Assembly (NCBI GenBank): GCA_963514535.1
Contig: CAUPUB010000004.1
Location: forward strand, 1 to 43,977
From: an uncultured Fretibacterium sp.
GTDB lineage: Bacteria; Synergistota; Synergistia; Synergistales; Aminobacteriaceae
Length of the DNA: 43,977 nt
Reading direction: 5' to 3'
The notes beneath the pieces are model-generated. The model did not search any database, was not told the DNA's origin, and saw nothing but the letters and a program-made list of their open reading frames with translations. The translations under genes were made by a program, and so were the position numbers. Shown piece by piece: positions 9,021 to 17,966 of this stretch; position 1 is the first letter of the stretch, and the number at the start of each line of letters is the position of its first letter.

Positions 9021-9563
9021 ATGGAGGCACGAGACGAGCGCCGCTGGTATGTCGTACAGACCTATGCGGGCTATGAGAATCGAGTCAAGGCCAACCTGGA
9101 ACAGCGCATAGCGACGATGGGGATGGAGAAGAACATTTTCAGTGTGCTGGTTCCTGTGGAGGAGCGGGTCCTCGTAAAAGACGGGAAAAGCCGTAAGGTC
9201 TCCAGGAAGCTTTATCCCAGTTATGTGCTCGTGGAAATGGTGCTTGACGAGCAGTCGTGGTATGTTGTTCGCCATACGCCGGGTGTGACGGGATTTGTCG
9301 GGGCAGGAAGCCTTCCGCTGCCTCTTTCCGAACGGGAGGTCCGTGAGCTGATGTCCCGTATCGGCCCGGAGCAGGCTAAGCCCAAGGTCGAGATCAACCT
9401 CAGGTTAGGGGATACTGTCAGCGTCAAGAGCGGTCCTTTCGAAGGACAGGTGGGTCCCATTGTAGAGATCATCCCTGAAAAGGGCAAGGTCAAATTTACG
9501 GTCAGTGTGTTTGGCCGAGAGACCGTCGTCGAGACCGACTACGAACTCCTGGAAAAGATATGA
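9021..9563 (+). CDS. nusG: transcription termination/antitermination factor NusG
   Basis: RWYVVQTYAGYENRVKANLEQRI... (NGN domain), with a C-terminal KOW (GDTVSVKSGPFEGQVGPIVEI). Confidence 0.92.
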   Translation: MEARDERRWYVVQTYAGYENRVKANLEQRIATMGMEKNIFSVLVPVEERVLVKDGKSRKVSRKLYPSYVLVEMVLDEQSWYVVRHTPGVTGFVGAGSLPLPLSEREVRELMSRIGPEQAKPKVEINLRLGDTVSVKSGPFEGQVGPIVEIIPEKGKVKFTVSVFGRETVVETDYELLEKI

Positions 9564-9571
9564 CAGACGTT

Positions 9572-9600
9572 CCCGTCCCTCTCTGGACGGGATTTGTGCC
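9572..9600 (+). terminator. weak hairpin/partial terminator between nusG and rplK
   Basis: cccgtcc-ctctct-ggacggg followed by atttgtg. This is the typical position of the nusG-rplK attenuator. Confidence 0.3.
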
Positions 9601-9638
9601 TTAGATAAGGTTTTATTTAGGAGAGGGGATTTTGTTTC

Positions 9639-10064
9639 ATGGCAAAGAAGGTCGTTGGACAAATTAAGCTACAGTTGCCGGCCGGAAAGGCAACGCCTGC
9701 TCCTCCCGTGGGGCCTGCTCTGGGCCAGCACGGCGTCAACATTATGGAGTTCTGTAAGCAGTTCAACGCGAAGACCTCGGATCAGGCGGGTTTGATCATT
9801 CCCGCGATCATTACGGTCTACGCCGACCGAAGCTTCACGTTCGAGCTCAAGACCCCTCCCGCAAGCGTCCTCTTGAAGAAGGCGGCGGGGATCGAATCGG
9901 GGTCCGGGGTTCCCAACAAGACCAAGGTGGGACAACTCCCCAGAAGCAAGGTACGGGAGATCGCGGAGTTGAAGCGCCAGGACCTCAATGCTAACGACGT
10001 CGAGGCCGCCATGCGTATGATCGAGGGCACGGCCCGTTCCATGGGGATTGAGATCCAGAGGTAG
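9639..10064 (+). CDS. rplK: 50S ribosomal protein L11
   Basis: [46 protein letters not shown]... Confidence 0.95.
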   Translation: MAKKVVGQIKLQLPAGKATPAPPVGPALGQHGVNIMEFCKQFNAKTSDQAGLIIPAIITVYADRSFTFELKTPPASVLLKKAAGIESGSGVPNKTKVGQLPRSKVREIAELKRQDLNANDVEAAMRMIEGTARSMGIEIQR

Positions 10065-10123
10065 AGGCAGAAAACAAGTGGCAGAGTTTATGAGCTCGTT
10101 ATCGACCACGGGAGGTTTTATCG

Positions 10124-10828
10124 ATGAAGCGAAGTAAGCGTTACAGAGAGGCGGCCGCTAAAATCGACGGCAACAGGCAGTACGGTCTTCGTGAGGCTGT
10201 CGATCTTTTTCAGTCCGTAGCGACGGCCAAGTTCAACGAGAGCATGGAGCTGCATATTCGTCTGGGTGTCGACCCGCGCCATGCGGACCAGCAGGTCCGC
10301 AGCACGGTGGTCCTCCCCCACGGCACCGGAGTGACCAAGAGGGTGCTTGTCCTCGCCACAGGCGAGAAGGTCAAAGAGGCCGAGGACGCAGGGGCCGATG
10401 TCGTTGGAGGCGAGGACCTCGTCCAGAGGATAGCGGGCGGCTGGATGGACTTTGATGCGGTCATCGCGACGCCGGACATGATGAAGTCCGTTGGTCGCCT
10501 GGGTAAGGTCCTGGGGCCGCGGGGATTGATGCCCAGCGCCAAGACGGGGACCGTGACCTTTGACCTCGCTAACGCTATCCAGGAGATCAAGGCTGGCCGT
10601 GTGGAGTTCCGCGTCGATAAGGCGGGGATTATCCATAACTCCGTGGGTAAGAAGAACTTCACCCCCGACGCCCTTTTCGAGAATGCCAAGGTCCTCCTCC
10701 AGTCGGTCCAGAGAGCGCGCCCCGCTTCGGTGAAGGGGACGTACATCAAGAGCATCTCCCTGACCTCGACGATGGGCCCCGGGATATCCATCGATCCCCT
10801 CGCCGCCGTGAAGGAGCTGTCGGCATAA
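10124..10828 (+). CDS. rplA: 50S ribosomal protein L1
   Basis: [29 protein letters not shown]... over the full 234 aa. Confidence 0.95.
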   Translation: MKRSKRYREAAAKIDGNRQYGLREAVDLFQSVATAKFNESMELHIRLGVDPRHADQQVRSTVVLPHGTGVTKRVLVLATGEKVKEAEDAGADVVGGEDLVQRIAGGWMDFDAVIATPDMMKSVGRLGKVLGPRGLMPSAKTGTVTFDLANAIQEIKAGRVEFRVDKAGIIHNSVGKKNFTPDALFENAKVLLQSVQRARPASVKGTYIKSISLTSTMGPGISIDPLAAVKELSA

Positions 10829-11081
10829 GGAGGAGGGCCTTTCCCCCCCTCACGTTTTTTTATCTATATGGTTTTTCGACCCCAGAGAGCAGGCGCCTTT
10901 TTGAAAAGGGCTTAATTCGATACCTGCCGAGGCTGAGAAATGGAGATGCCGCTTGAAACGCGGCAGATCTGTTTTTGTGTCCCTCGGCCTTTCGGGTCGG
11001 GGGATTTTTTGATGGGTTTTGAGGAACATTGGTTTGGTATGGATGGAGCATTGGATTTTGAGGTCGAGGAGGTGAAAAATA
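10829..11081 (+). promoter_or_regulatory. rplJL (L10) leader region with attenuator-like hairpins
   Basis: A 253-nt untranslated spacer before rplJ contains a GC hairpin plus T7 (10835-10865), a gccgc-ttgaaac-gcggc hairpin plus T-run (~10950-10985), and further structure. This is the canonical location of the L10(L12)4 autoregulatory leader. Confidence 0.4.
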
Positions 11082-11612
11082 ATGCCTGCAAAAATCAAGT
11101 ATGAACAGGTCGCGGGTTTAAAGGAGAAGCTCGAGAGGACCGAGGCCGTCTTTGTAGGGGAGTATCGTGGGATGACGGTGGCTCAGAGCACCGCGCTTCG
11201 CGTGAAGGTCCGCGCGGCGGGGGGAGAGCTGAAGGTTGCCAAGAACACCCTTTTTGCGATTGCCATGAAGGAGTCCGGCCTCGAGTCGCTGCCGGACTCC
11301 ATGGTGACGGGGCCGAACATCTATGCGCTCTGCTATGGAGACCCTGTCGGGGTTGCTAAGGTGCTCAAGGAGTATTCCACCGACAAGACGCAGAAGGCAT
11401 TCGTCCTGAAGGGTGGACTTTTGGGCAAGGTGGCCCTGGATCAGAGTCAGGTTTACGCGTTGGCCGATCTTCCATCGAGGGATGCGCTGGTGGGGCAGGT
11501 CGTCCGTACTATCGCCGCGCCCCTTTCCGGACTGGTCACCGTGCTCTCCGGGACGGTGCGGGGGCTGGTCACGTGCCTTGGGCAGATCCGGGACAAAAAA
11601 GAGGCCGCTTAG
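11082..11612 (+). CDS. rplJ: 50S ribosomal protein L10
   Basis: MPAKIKYEQVAGLKEKLERTEAVFVGEYRGMTVAQSTALRVKVRAAGGELKVAKNTLF... Confidence 0.93.
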   Translation: MPAKIKYEQVAGLKEKLERTEAVFVGEYRGMTVAQSTALRVKVRAAGGELKVAKNTLFAIAMKESGLESLPDSMVTGPNIYALCYGDPVGVAKVLKEYSTDKTQKAFVLKGGLLGKVALDQSQVYALADLPSRDALVGQVVRTIAAPLSGLVTVLSGTVRGLVTCLGQIRDKKEAA

Positions 11613-11717
11613 GCCGAATTTTTTCTCGCTGTCGACTGCTTTTGTTTCGTTCTTTATTGTTTGTCAAGCGCCCCATGGTGCTTTGGGGCTGATATCAAAT
11701 TTGGGAGGTAAGTTTTT

Positions 11718-12098
11718 ATGACCCGTGATGAGATGATCAAGGCTATTGAGGAGATGACGGTACTCGAGCTCTCCGAGCTCGTGAAGGCCCTTGAGGAGAA
11801 GTTCGGCGTCTCCGCTGCCGCCCCCGTGGCCATGCCCATGATGGCTATGCCCGGCGCCGGCGCCGCTGCGGCCGCCGAGGAGGAGAAGACCGAGTTTGAC
11901 GTGATCTATAAGGCCCCCGGCGCCAACAAGATCAACGTGATCAAGGTCGTCCGTGAGGTCACCGGCCTTGGCCTGAAGGAGGCCAAGGAGCTGGTTGACA
12001 ATCCGCCCAAGCCGGTCAAGGAGGGCGTAGCTAAGGAAGAGGCCGAGGAGATCAAGAAAAAGCTCGTCGAGGCCGGCGCCGAGGTTGAGGTTAAGTAG
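11718..12098 (+). CDS. rplL: 50S ribosomal protein L7/L12
   Basis: [36 protein letters not shown]... with an Ala/Pro/Met hinge and a conserved C-terminal domain. Confidence 0.95.
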   Translation: MTRDEMIKAIEEMTVLELSELVKALEEKFGVSAAAPVAMPMMAMPGAGAAAAAEEEKTEFDVIYKAPGANKINVIKVVREVTGLGLKEAKELVDNPPKPVKEGVAKEEAEEIKKKLVEAGAEVEVK

Positions 12099-12123
12099 CC
12101 GGTACGACACCCAGGCTCAAAAA

Positions 12124-12152
12124 GCGGCCCCCCGCGATGGGCCGCTTTTTTC
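12124..12152 (+). terminator. strong intrinsic terminator after rplL
   Basis: gcggccc-cccgcgat-gggccgc followed by ttttttc. Confidence 0.8.
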
Positions 12153-12224
12153 TTTCGCCGCTTTATTGTACAATGAAAAAGAAGAGGGCCGTTGTCCCTT
12201 ATCCTATGAGTGGAGGGTCTTGTC

Positions 12225-12626
12225 ATGGAAACCCAGAAGAAAGAGCCGGAAAAAAAGTCGGGTTGGTCTAATCTCGTCAACAGCAGGCCGAAGAAGATCT
12301 TTGTCTCTTTGATCGGGATTATCCTTGTCCTCAATATTCTCTGGACTCTGAAGCAGGATAGCGCCTCCTCCGGCACTCCAGTCCAGAAAGAGGAACTGGC
12401 GAAGCTGGAGCAGCGTGTTGCGGAGCTGGAGAGGAGGACTGTTCCTGATCTGGATTCCCTTCGAGCCGAGTTCGAGGCGGTCAGGAAGGTTGGAGAGGGC
12501 TACGAAGCGCGTCTCTCGGAACTGTTGAAGGTTGAGGAGGAGCGCTTGGCAACGATGAAGGCGGAGCTGGCGGCTAGGGAGACCTGGATCGATTCTTTGA
12601 GAAAGGCCGCTTCGGATAAGAACTAG
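12225..12626 (+). CDS. hypothetical membrane-anchored coiled-coil protein
   Basis: ATG at 12225 with RBS GGAGGG. One N-terminal TM segment (IFVSLIGIILVLNILWTL) is followed by a heptad-rich coiled coil (EELAKLEQRVAELERR...LATMKAELAARETWIDSLRKAA). Confidence 0.5.
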   Translation: METQKKEPEKKSGWSNLVNSRPKKIFVSLIGIILVLNILWTLKQDSASSGTPVQKEELAKLEQRVAELERRTVPDLDSLRAEFEAVRKVGEGYEARLSELLKVEEERLATMKAELAARETWIDSLRKAASDKN

Positions 12627-12656
12627 AGGAGCTTGATGCCCTCTGGAGGATCCCCG

Positions 12657-13031
12657 ATGACGTCTCGAAGCGTTTTTATCATCGATGATGCTGATTTCGT
12701 GGTGGATATGCTGCGCCTGACGTTTGCGGACGGCGGGTATACCGTCGTGGGGTCTGCAACCGACAGCGTCCAGGGTGTCGGTCAGCTGCGTGAGATGGCC
12801 TCGAAATCTCAGGCTGTCGATGTCGTCGTCGTCGATCTTCACATGCCCAAGCTGGATGGGTTCGGGACCATTCGTGAAATACGCGAGATCCTGCCGGGGG
12901 TAAAGGTCCTCCTGGTTAGTGCCGATGCGACTTTGCCCGTAGCTCTCAGGGCAAAGGAGCTTGGTGTGGATGGATTCATCGTCAAGCCTTTCGAGCCGAA
13001 GACCATCTGGGCAGCGCTGGAAAAAATCTGA
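12657..13031 (+). CDS. single-domain response regulator (CheY-like receiver)
   Basis: Contains IIDDADFV (acidic pocket), VVVDLHMPKLDG (phospho-acceptor Asp), VLLVSAD (Ser/Thr) and IVKPF (Lys). Alternative starts at 12636 (ATG) and 12633 (TTG) each have their own SD. Confidence 0.75.
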   Translation: MTSRSVFIIDDADFVVDMLRLTFADGGYTVVGSATDSVQGVGQLREMASKSQAVDVVVVDLHMPKLDGFGTIREIREILPGVKVLLVSADATLPVALRAKELGVDGFIVKPFEPKTIWAALEKI

Positions 13032-13057
13032 TAAAGTTCGTTGTTTTCGTTTTTTCA

Positions 13058-13088
13058 CTCCGCGGAGGCCCCGTGGGGGCGCGCGGAG
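13058..13088 (+). repeat. hairpin (ctccgcg ... cgcggag) directly after the receiver gene
   Basis: A 7-bp perfect inverted repeat with a GC-rich interior and no T-run. Confidence 0.4.
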
Positions 13089-13104
13089 AAGTACGTTCAA
13101 AATC

Positions 13105-13130
13105 GAGGGGCGTGGAGCCCCTCTTTTTCT
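13105..13130 (+). terminator. intrinsic terminator
   Basis: gaggggc-gtgga-gcccctc followed by tttttct. Confidence 0.7.
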
Positions 13131-13337
13131 CTTGGAAGACTTTTTTCCCGCTGGGTTCCCGGCGGAATCCCGGCTTGCCGGTTGGAGGACAGATTTTTTC
13201 AGGGCCTCAATGGCTCCAGGATGGGGCTTTCCGGCAGCCGCTCGTTCTCGCTTGAGGGGTGTTCCGTCTCAGGATAGCGGCGTGAGGGCAGAGAGGTGAA
13301 GCCCCCATGTCAATCGGCATTTTCAGAGGAGTCGCGT

Positions 13338-15143
13338 ATGGCACAGGAGAACATCAGAAATTTTTGCATCATTGCTCATATCGACCATGGAAAATCCACT
13401 CTGGCGGATCGCCTTCTGGAGCGGACTTCCACGGTGCAGTCGCGGGATATGAGGAATCAGCTGCTGGACTCCCTCTCGCTGGAGCGGGAGAGGGGCATCA
13501 CGATCAAGCTGGTGCCAGTGCGTATGGACTACACGTCCCCGGATGGTAAAAAATGGGTGCTGAACCTCATCGATACGCCGGGTCACGTGGACTTCGGCTA
13601 CGAGGTATCGCGCTCCCTGGCCGCCTGCGAAGGGGCGCTCCTGGTCGTGGATGCGACGCAAGGGGTCGAGGCGCAGACGGTTGCGAACGCCTATCAGGCG
13701 ATCGAGCAGGGGCTCGAGATTCTGCCCGTCATCAATAAAATCGACCTCCCCTCGGCCCATCCCGAGAGCGCCAAAGGGGAGATCCGCGATGTGGTGGGGC
13801 TGGATGCCGACGATGCCATCCTGGCCAGTGCAAAGGACGGACGGGGGGTTGACGAGATTCTGGAGCGCGTCGTCAGGGCGGTCCCGGCCCCTCAAGGGGA
13901 CCCGGACGCCCCTCTCCAGGCCCTGATCTTCGACTCCGTGTACGACAACTATCGAGGCGTCATCTGCTACGTGCGGATCGTGAACGGGACCCTGACCGCG
14001 GGGCAGGACATCCTGTTCATGGCGACCAACGTGTCCTATCCCGTGGACGAGGTGGGAGTGTTCCGCCCCTCCTTCACGCCCGTCGAGCGGTTGGGGCCGG
14101 GAGAGGTCGGCTACGTGGCCGCCAGCATCAAAACCCTGGCCGAGGCGCATGTCGGGGACACGATTACCAATGCGCGCAACCCCGCGCCACAGCCGCTTCC
14201 CGGGTACCGTAAGGTCAAGAGCGTCGTGTTCTGCGGCTTCTATCCCGTGGAGCGCGACGACTACCCACAGCTTCGGGATGCACTGGAGAAACTCTGCCTG
14301 AACGACTCCGCCATCGTCTTCGAGCCGGAGACCTCCGTAGCCTTGGGGTTTGGGTTCCGGTGCGGATTCCTGGGGCTGCTTCACCTGGACGTGGCGCAGG
14401 AACGCCTCCGTCGCGAGTACGATGTCGAGCTCGTGGCTACGGCGCCCAACGTCGTCTATGAGATCGTCACGAAGTCAGGCACGGTGATCGAGGCCCACCG
14501 TCCCAACGATTTCCCCGATGTGGGAGAGATCGAGGAGATACGGGAGCCCTTCATCAAGCTCTCGGTGTTCCTGCCGTCGGAGTACGTGGGCAAGGTGATG
14601 CAGCTGGTCCAGGAAAAGCGGGGGGTCTACCGCTCTCTGGACTACCTGACACCGGAACGGGTGCGACTGGTCTACGAGATGCCCCTGGCCGAGTTCATCA
14701 TCGACTTTCACGACAAGCTCAAGTCCCAGACCCGAGGCTATGCGTCCCTGGACTACGAATACATCGGCCTCAAGCCCTCCGAACTAGTCCGTGTCGACGT
14801 CCTCGTCAACGGGGAGGCGGCGGACGCCTTTTCCTTCATCTGTCACAAGGACGCGGCCTACCATCGCGGGCATGCGGCGGTGACGAAGCTGAAGGAACTG
14901 ATCCCCAGCCAGCTCTTCGAGGTCCCCATTCAAGCCTCGATCGGCAAGCGCGTCATCGTTCGCGTCAACGTCAAGGCCCTGCGGAAGGATGTCCTGGCCA
15001 AGTGCTACGGCGGCGACATCACCCGAAAGCGGAAGCTCCTGGAGAAGCAGAAGGAGGGCAAGAAGCGCATGAAGCAGATCGGGCGCGTCGCCATCCCCCA
15101 GGAGGCATTTCTGGCATTCCTCCGGATCGAGGACGGCGAATAG
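13338..15143 (+). CDS. lepA: elongation factor 4 (LepA)
   Basis: [28 protein letters not shown]...[16 protein letters not shown]... RBS is AGAGGAG. The C-terminal LepA-specific domain is present. Confidence 0.95.
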   Translation: MAQENIRNFCIIAHIDHGKSTLADRLLERTSTVQSRDMRNQLLDSLSLERERGITIKLVPVRMDYTSPDGKKWVLNLIDTPGHVDFGYEVSRSLAACEGALLVVDATQGVEAQTVANAYQAIEQGLEILPVINKIDLPSAHPESAKGEIRDVVGLDADDAILASAKDGRGVDEILERVVRAVPAPQGDPDAPLQALIFDSVYDNYRGVICYVRIVNGTLTAGQDILFMATNVSYPVDEVGVFRPSFTPVERLGPGEVGYVAASIKTLAEAHVGDTITNARNPAPQPLPGYRKVKSVVFCGFYPVERDDYPQLRDALEKLCLNDSAIVFEPETSVALGFGFRCGFLGLLHLDVAQERLRREYDVELVATAPNVVYEIVTKSGTVIEAHRPNDFPDVGEIEEIREPFIKLSVFLPSEYVGKVMQLVQEKRGVYRSLDYLTPERVRLVYEMPLAEFIIDFHDKLKSQTRGYASLDYEYIGLKPSELVRVDVLVNGEAADAFSFICHKDAAYHRGHAAVTKLKELIPSQLFEVPIQASIGKRVIVRVNVKALRKDVLAKCYGGDITRKRKLLEKQKEGKKRMKQIGRVAIPQEAFLAFLRIEDGE

Positions 15144-15159
15144 GCCGGGAGAACATCCC

Positions 15160-16299
15160 GTGAGGAATAAGGGGCTCTCCGTGTACCTGCACGTGCCATT
15201 CTGCGCCGGCAAGTGCGGGTACTGTTCTTTTTACAGCAAGCCTCCGGCGGCTGGGGATGTCGCGGCTTACCTGGACGCGCTCGAGACGGAGATCGCCCTT
15301 TGGAAAGGACTGTTAGGCCCCCTGTCTTCGCGTACCCTCTACGTCGGAGGCGGGACGCCGAGCCTGCTCTCTGCGGACGAATGGGGGCGTCTGATTGTTC
15401 TGCTCGAAGGCTTGGGGGACTGGAGCCACCTGGAGGAGGCGACCGTGGAGGCCAACCCCTCCTCTTTGAACGACGAACTGCTGGATATCTGGCGGGATTC
15501 TTTTTTCACCCGCATCAGCCTTGGCGTCCAGAGCCTGGATGACGCGGAGCTCGAAGCCCTGGGGCGCCGCCACGATGCGAGGCTCGCCCTCGAGGCGATG
15601 GAGCGCATTGCCCGCTCCGGGCTGAGGATGAGCGTCGACCTGATCTTTGGCATTCCCGGTCAGACGCTTCGTTCCTGGGCAGCCTCTCTGAGAGGCGTCC
15701 TGGATGCCGGAGCCCGGCACGTCTCCGCCTATCAGCTGACGCTCGAGCCGGACACCCCCATGGGGCTTCGTGCTCCCACACTTCCCGACGGCTATCCTCT
15801 TTATCGTTATGCCCAATGGTTCCTCCCGCGACGGGGCCTCATCCAGTACGAGATCTCGAGCTACGCCCCGCCCGGTGACGAGTGCCGGCACAACCTGGCC
15901 TACTGGAAGCAGGAGGACGTCCTTGCCCTGGGTCCGGCGGCGTGGGGCTACCTCGAGGGGCGCCGCTACGCCAATCCGGGGACGCTGGGTGCCTATCTCG
16001 AGGCGGCAGGGAGGAATTTTCCCGAGGCGAAGACGGCGGGGGAAAGGCTGGGGCCGAGAGCCCGCGGGGTTGAGGCCGCGATCCTCTCCCTGAGGACCCG
16101 ATGGGGAATCGATCGGGTCTGCTTTTCGGAACGTTGGGGCGGCTCCCTTCTGGAGGAGATCGAGGCGGTTTTGACGGTGATTCCTTCCCGCCTTGTGCGT
16201 GCGGACGAGCGGAGTCTGGCACTTACCCCCGCGGGGATGCGGGTGGGAAACGCGATCTGGACAGAGATTTTGGGCTTGCTGGAGGATGAGGATCAATGA
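15160..16299 (+). CDS. hemW: radical SAM heme chaperone HemW (HemN-like), GTG start
   Basis: The CxxxCxxC radical-SAM motif (HVPFCAGKCGYCSFY) and GGGTPSLL are present. The gene lies directly downstream of lepA, which is the conserved lepA-hemW linkage. Confidence 0.85.
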   Translation: MRNKGLSVYLHVPFCAGKCGYCSFYSKPPAAGDVAAYLDALETEIALWKGLLGPLSSRTLYVGGGTPSLLSADEWGRLIVLLEGLGDWSHLEEATVEANPSSLNDELLDIWRDSFFTRISLGVQSLDDAELEALGRRHDARLALEAMERIARSGLRMSVDLIFGIPGQTLRSWAASLRGVLDAGARHVSAYQLTLEPDTPMGLRAPTLPDGYPLYRYAQWFLPRRGLIQYEISSYAPPGDECRHNLAYWKQEDVLALGPAAWGYLEGRRYANPGTLGAYLEAAGRNFPEAKTAGERLGPRARGVEAAILSLRTRWGIDRVCFSERWGGSLLEEIEAVLTVIPSRLVRADERSLALTPAGMRVGNAIWTEILGLLEDEDQ

Positions 16300-16389
16300 G
16301 GATTTCTGAGGTGAATTTTATTTTTGCCAACATCGAAAGATTCACAAACAACTTGGAATTGGAATGAGGATAGGGAAGTGAATCAGTAA

Positions 16390-16431
16390 AAAACGCCGGC
16401 TTTTCGCATGTTATAAAGCCGGCGTCTTCTT
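16390..16431. terminator. bidirectional intrinsic terminator shared by hemW (+) and selC (-)
   Basis: gccggcttt-tcgcatgttat-aaagccggc has A5 on the left and a T-rich tract on the right, so it forms hairpin plus U-run on either strand. Confidence 0.55.
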
Positions 16432-16448
16432 CTCTTTTTATTGTCCCT

Positions 16449-16548
16449 TGGCGGAGGTGTGTGGGGATCGAACCCACCAGGGACAGCGCAAACCGCCCCT
16501 CACCGGGTTTGAAGCCCGGGCCCGTCACCAGACGAATCTCACCTCCGC
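16449..16548 (-). tRNA. selC: tRNA-Sec (selC), anticodon UCA; ends approximate to +/-2 nt
   Basis: A ~100-nt class II tRNA. The anticodon loop CTTCAAA (anticodon TCA, reading UGA) is identical to E. coli selC. It has an extended GC acceptor (GCGGAGGT/ACCTCCGC), a 6-bp D-stem with 4-nt loop (ttcgtc-tggt-gacggg), a long variable arm, and a T-arm GTGGG-TTCGATC-CCCAC. Confidence 0.72.
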
Positions 16549-16650
16549 AACCTCTTCATTTTACCCGCACCTCCTCAAAAAGTCCAGAAAGAACTTTCTT
16601 CCCAAAACCGCAGGAAGGGCAAGCGAGGGTTTAGACATCTTGGCGGGCCC

Positions 16651-17352
16651 TTATCCGTTCGTTCCGCCGCCCCTGAAGGGATTGTGCCACAGAAACTGTT
16701 GGCTGGAGGCGGTGGCCCCGCTGAGCGGGATCTCGACCCACCCCCAGGGGGTGACGAGCACGAAGCGCAGGACGATGCCTTGGCTGGCCAGGGCGTCCAC
16801 ATGCGCGGCGTAGCGCATCGTGTCCTCGAAGATGAAGGTGTCGCTGATGACCCACACGCGCTTGCAGTTGCTGCGGTTGAAGAGCGCGGCGTAGTCGATG
16901 GCGGTCCGCACGCCGCTCTCGTAATCCGGAGGGCTTATGCTGACGACGACGACGTCGGGACGTCCATCGGGACGGCGCGTGTTGGGAATGAGGTCGAAGT
17001 ATTGCTCCAAGCTCTCCAGACGCTCGAAGAGCCTTTCGATGTCAATCTCGCCATTGTCCTCGAACATCGCCGTGACGGGGTCCATCCCCTGATCCGCTGG
17101 GGCGTCCAGGGTGTCCTGCATCCACCGCTGGACGCGGGAGAGCGCCTCCAGGATGTACTGCGGGTATTCCGTCTCGGAGATGGCCGACAGGAGATCCTTT
17201 ACGGTCAATTCCTTTTTGGGTTCCTTTTTCTCGGGATTCATGATCCACCTCCAATGGCGTGGGCTCCATTTCGTGATGAGTTCAGTATAGCACAGCCAAG
17301 GCGCGGCGCCTGCCTCAAAATACCTGTCCGCGTCCCAGTCCTCGCGTGTCAT
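16651..17352 (-). CDS. hypothetical protein (233 aa)
   Basis: Protein-like composition, whereas the overlapping plus-strand ORF is G/D/R/H-rich antisense junk. It is co-oriented with selC and sits immediately upstream of it. No family recognised. Confidence 0.5.
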   Translation of the reverse strand: MTREDWDADRYFEAGAAPWLCYTELITKWSPRHWRWIMNPEKKEPKKELTVKDLLSAISETEYPQYILEALSRVQRWMQDTLDAPADQGMDPVTAMFEDNGEIDIERLFERLESLEQYFDLIPNTRRPDGRPDVVVVSISPPDYESGVRTAIDYAALFNRSNCKRVWVISDTFIFEDTMRYAAHVDALASQGIVLRFVLVTPWGWVEIPLSGATASSQQFLWHNPFRGGGTNG

Positions 17353-17369
17353 GGAAAACGGCTTATTTT

Positions 17370-17966
17370 TTATAAAGATCCTATTAGAAAAAATCCCTTT
17401 GCGGCGATCAGAAGGGTCCCCACGGCGGTGGAGAGGAGCGTGTGGCGCTCACTGGTCCAGAGAATGCCAGCGGAGAAGGGCCCCGCAATATGACCGGATG
17501 GCCAGGCAGAGGGCAGAAAGGCCCCTGTCCTCCGTCGGTACTCGAGGTACTCTTCCCCGAACCTGGAGGACAGGAAGGACTCCTCGAAGGGGATGATGAG
17601 AAGTCCGTAGAGGACGAAAAAGGAGACCACGAACAGGGCGGCGGCCCACGGTCCGGCCATCAGCCCCCACCCCAGCCCGATCAGGCCGTTGCCGAAGTAG
17701 AGAGGGTTGCGCATGAAGGCGTAGGGCCCCCAGGTGACCAGCCGCTCCGCGCCGACGACCTCCCCTCGGTAGCGTCCGATGCAGCCGACGGCCCAGAACC
17801 GCCAGCCCTGCCCCAGGACGACGAGGGGAAGCCCCAGGAGGATGGACCGCAGGGTCGGATGGTCCAGGATCAGGATCATCAGGAAGAGGACCGTCCAGAT
17901 GCCGCCCCGAAGCCTAAAAATTTTTTGACGAAACGCCTGCATTCGCTGGACTTCGCCTGGCCTCAT
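17370..17966 (-). CDS. isoprenylcysteine carboxyl methyltransferase (ICMT)/phospholipid methyltransferase family membrane protein
   Basis: A multi-TM protein with ...WGPYAFMRNPLYFGNGLIGLGWGL... (the RHPxY-hyd-EE-like motif region of the ICMT/PEMT family). The start is uncertain. The listed ORF overlaps the upstream gene by 53 nt, and internal ATG 17942 is an alternative. Confidence 0.65.
   Translation of the reverse strand: MRPGEVQRMQAFRQKIFRLRGGIWTVLFLMILILDHPTLRSILLGLPLVVLGQGWRFWAVGCIGRYRGEVVGAERLVTWGPYAFMRNPLYFGNGLIGLGWGLMAGPWAAALFVVSFFVLYGLLIIPFEESFLSSRFGEEYLEYRRRTGAFLPSAWPSGHIAGPFSAGILWTSERHTLLSTAVGTLLIAAKGFFLIGSL

Noticed and set aside
16449-16548. Interpreting the long class II tRNA as tRNA-Ser or tRNA-Leu
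   Set aside because: Anticodon positions 34-36 read UCA in a CUUCAAA loop with U33 and A37, exactly as in selC. A Ser or Leu tRNA would need GA-type or other anticodons. The extended acceptor and D-stem also fit the tRNA-Sec architecture.
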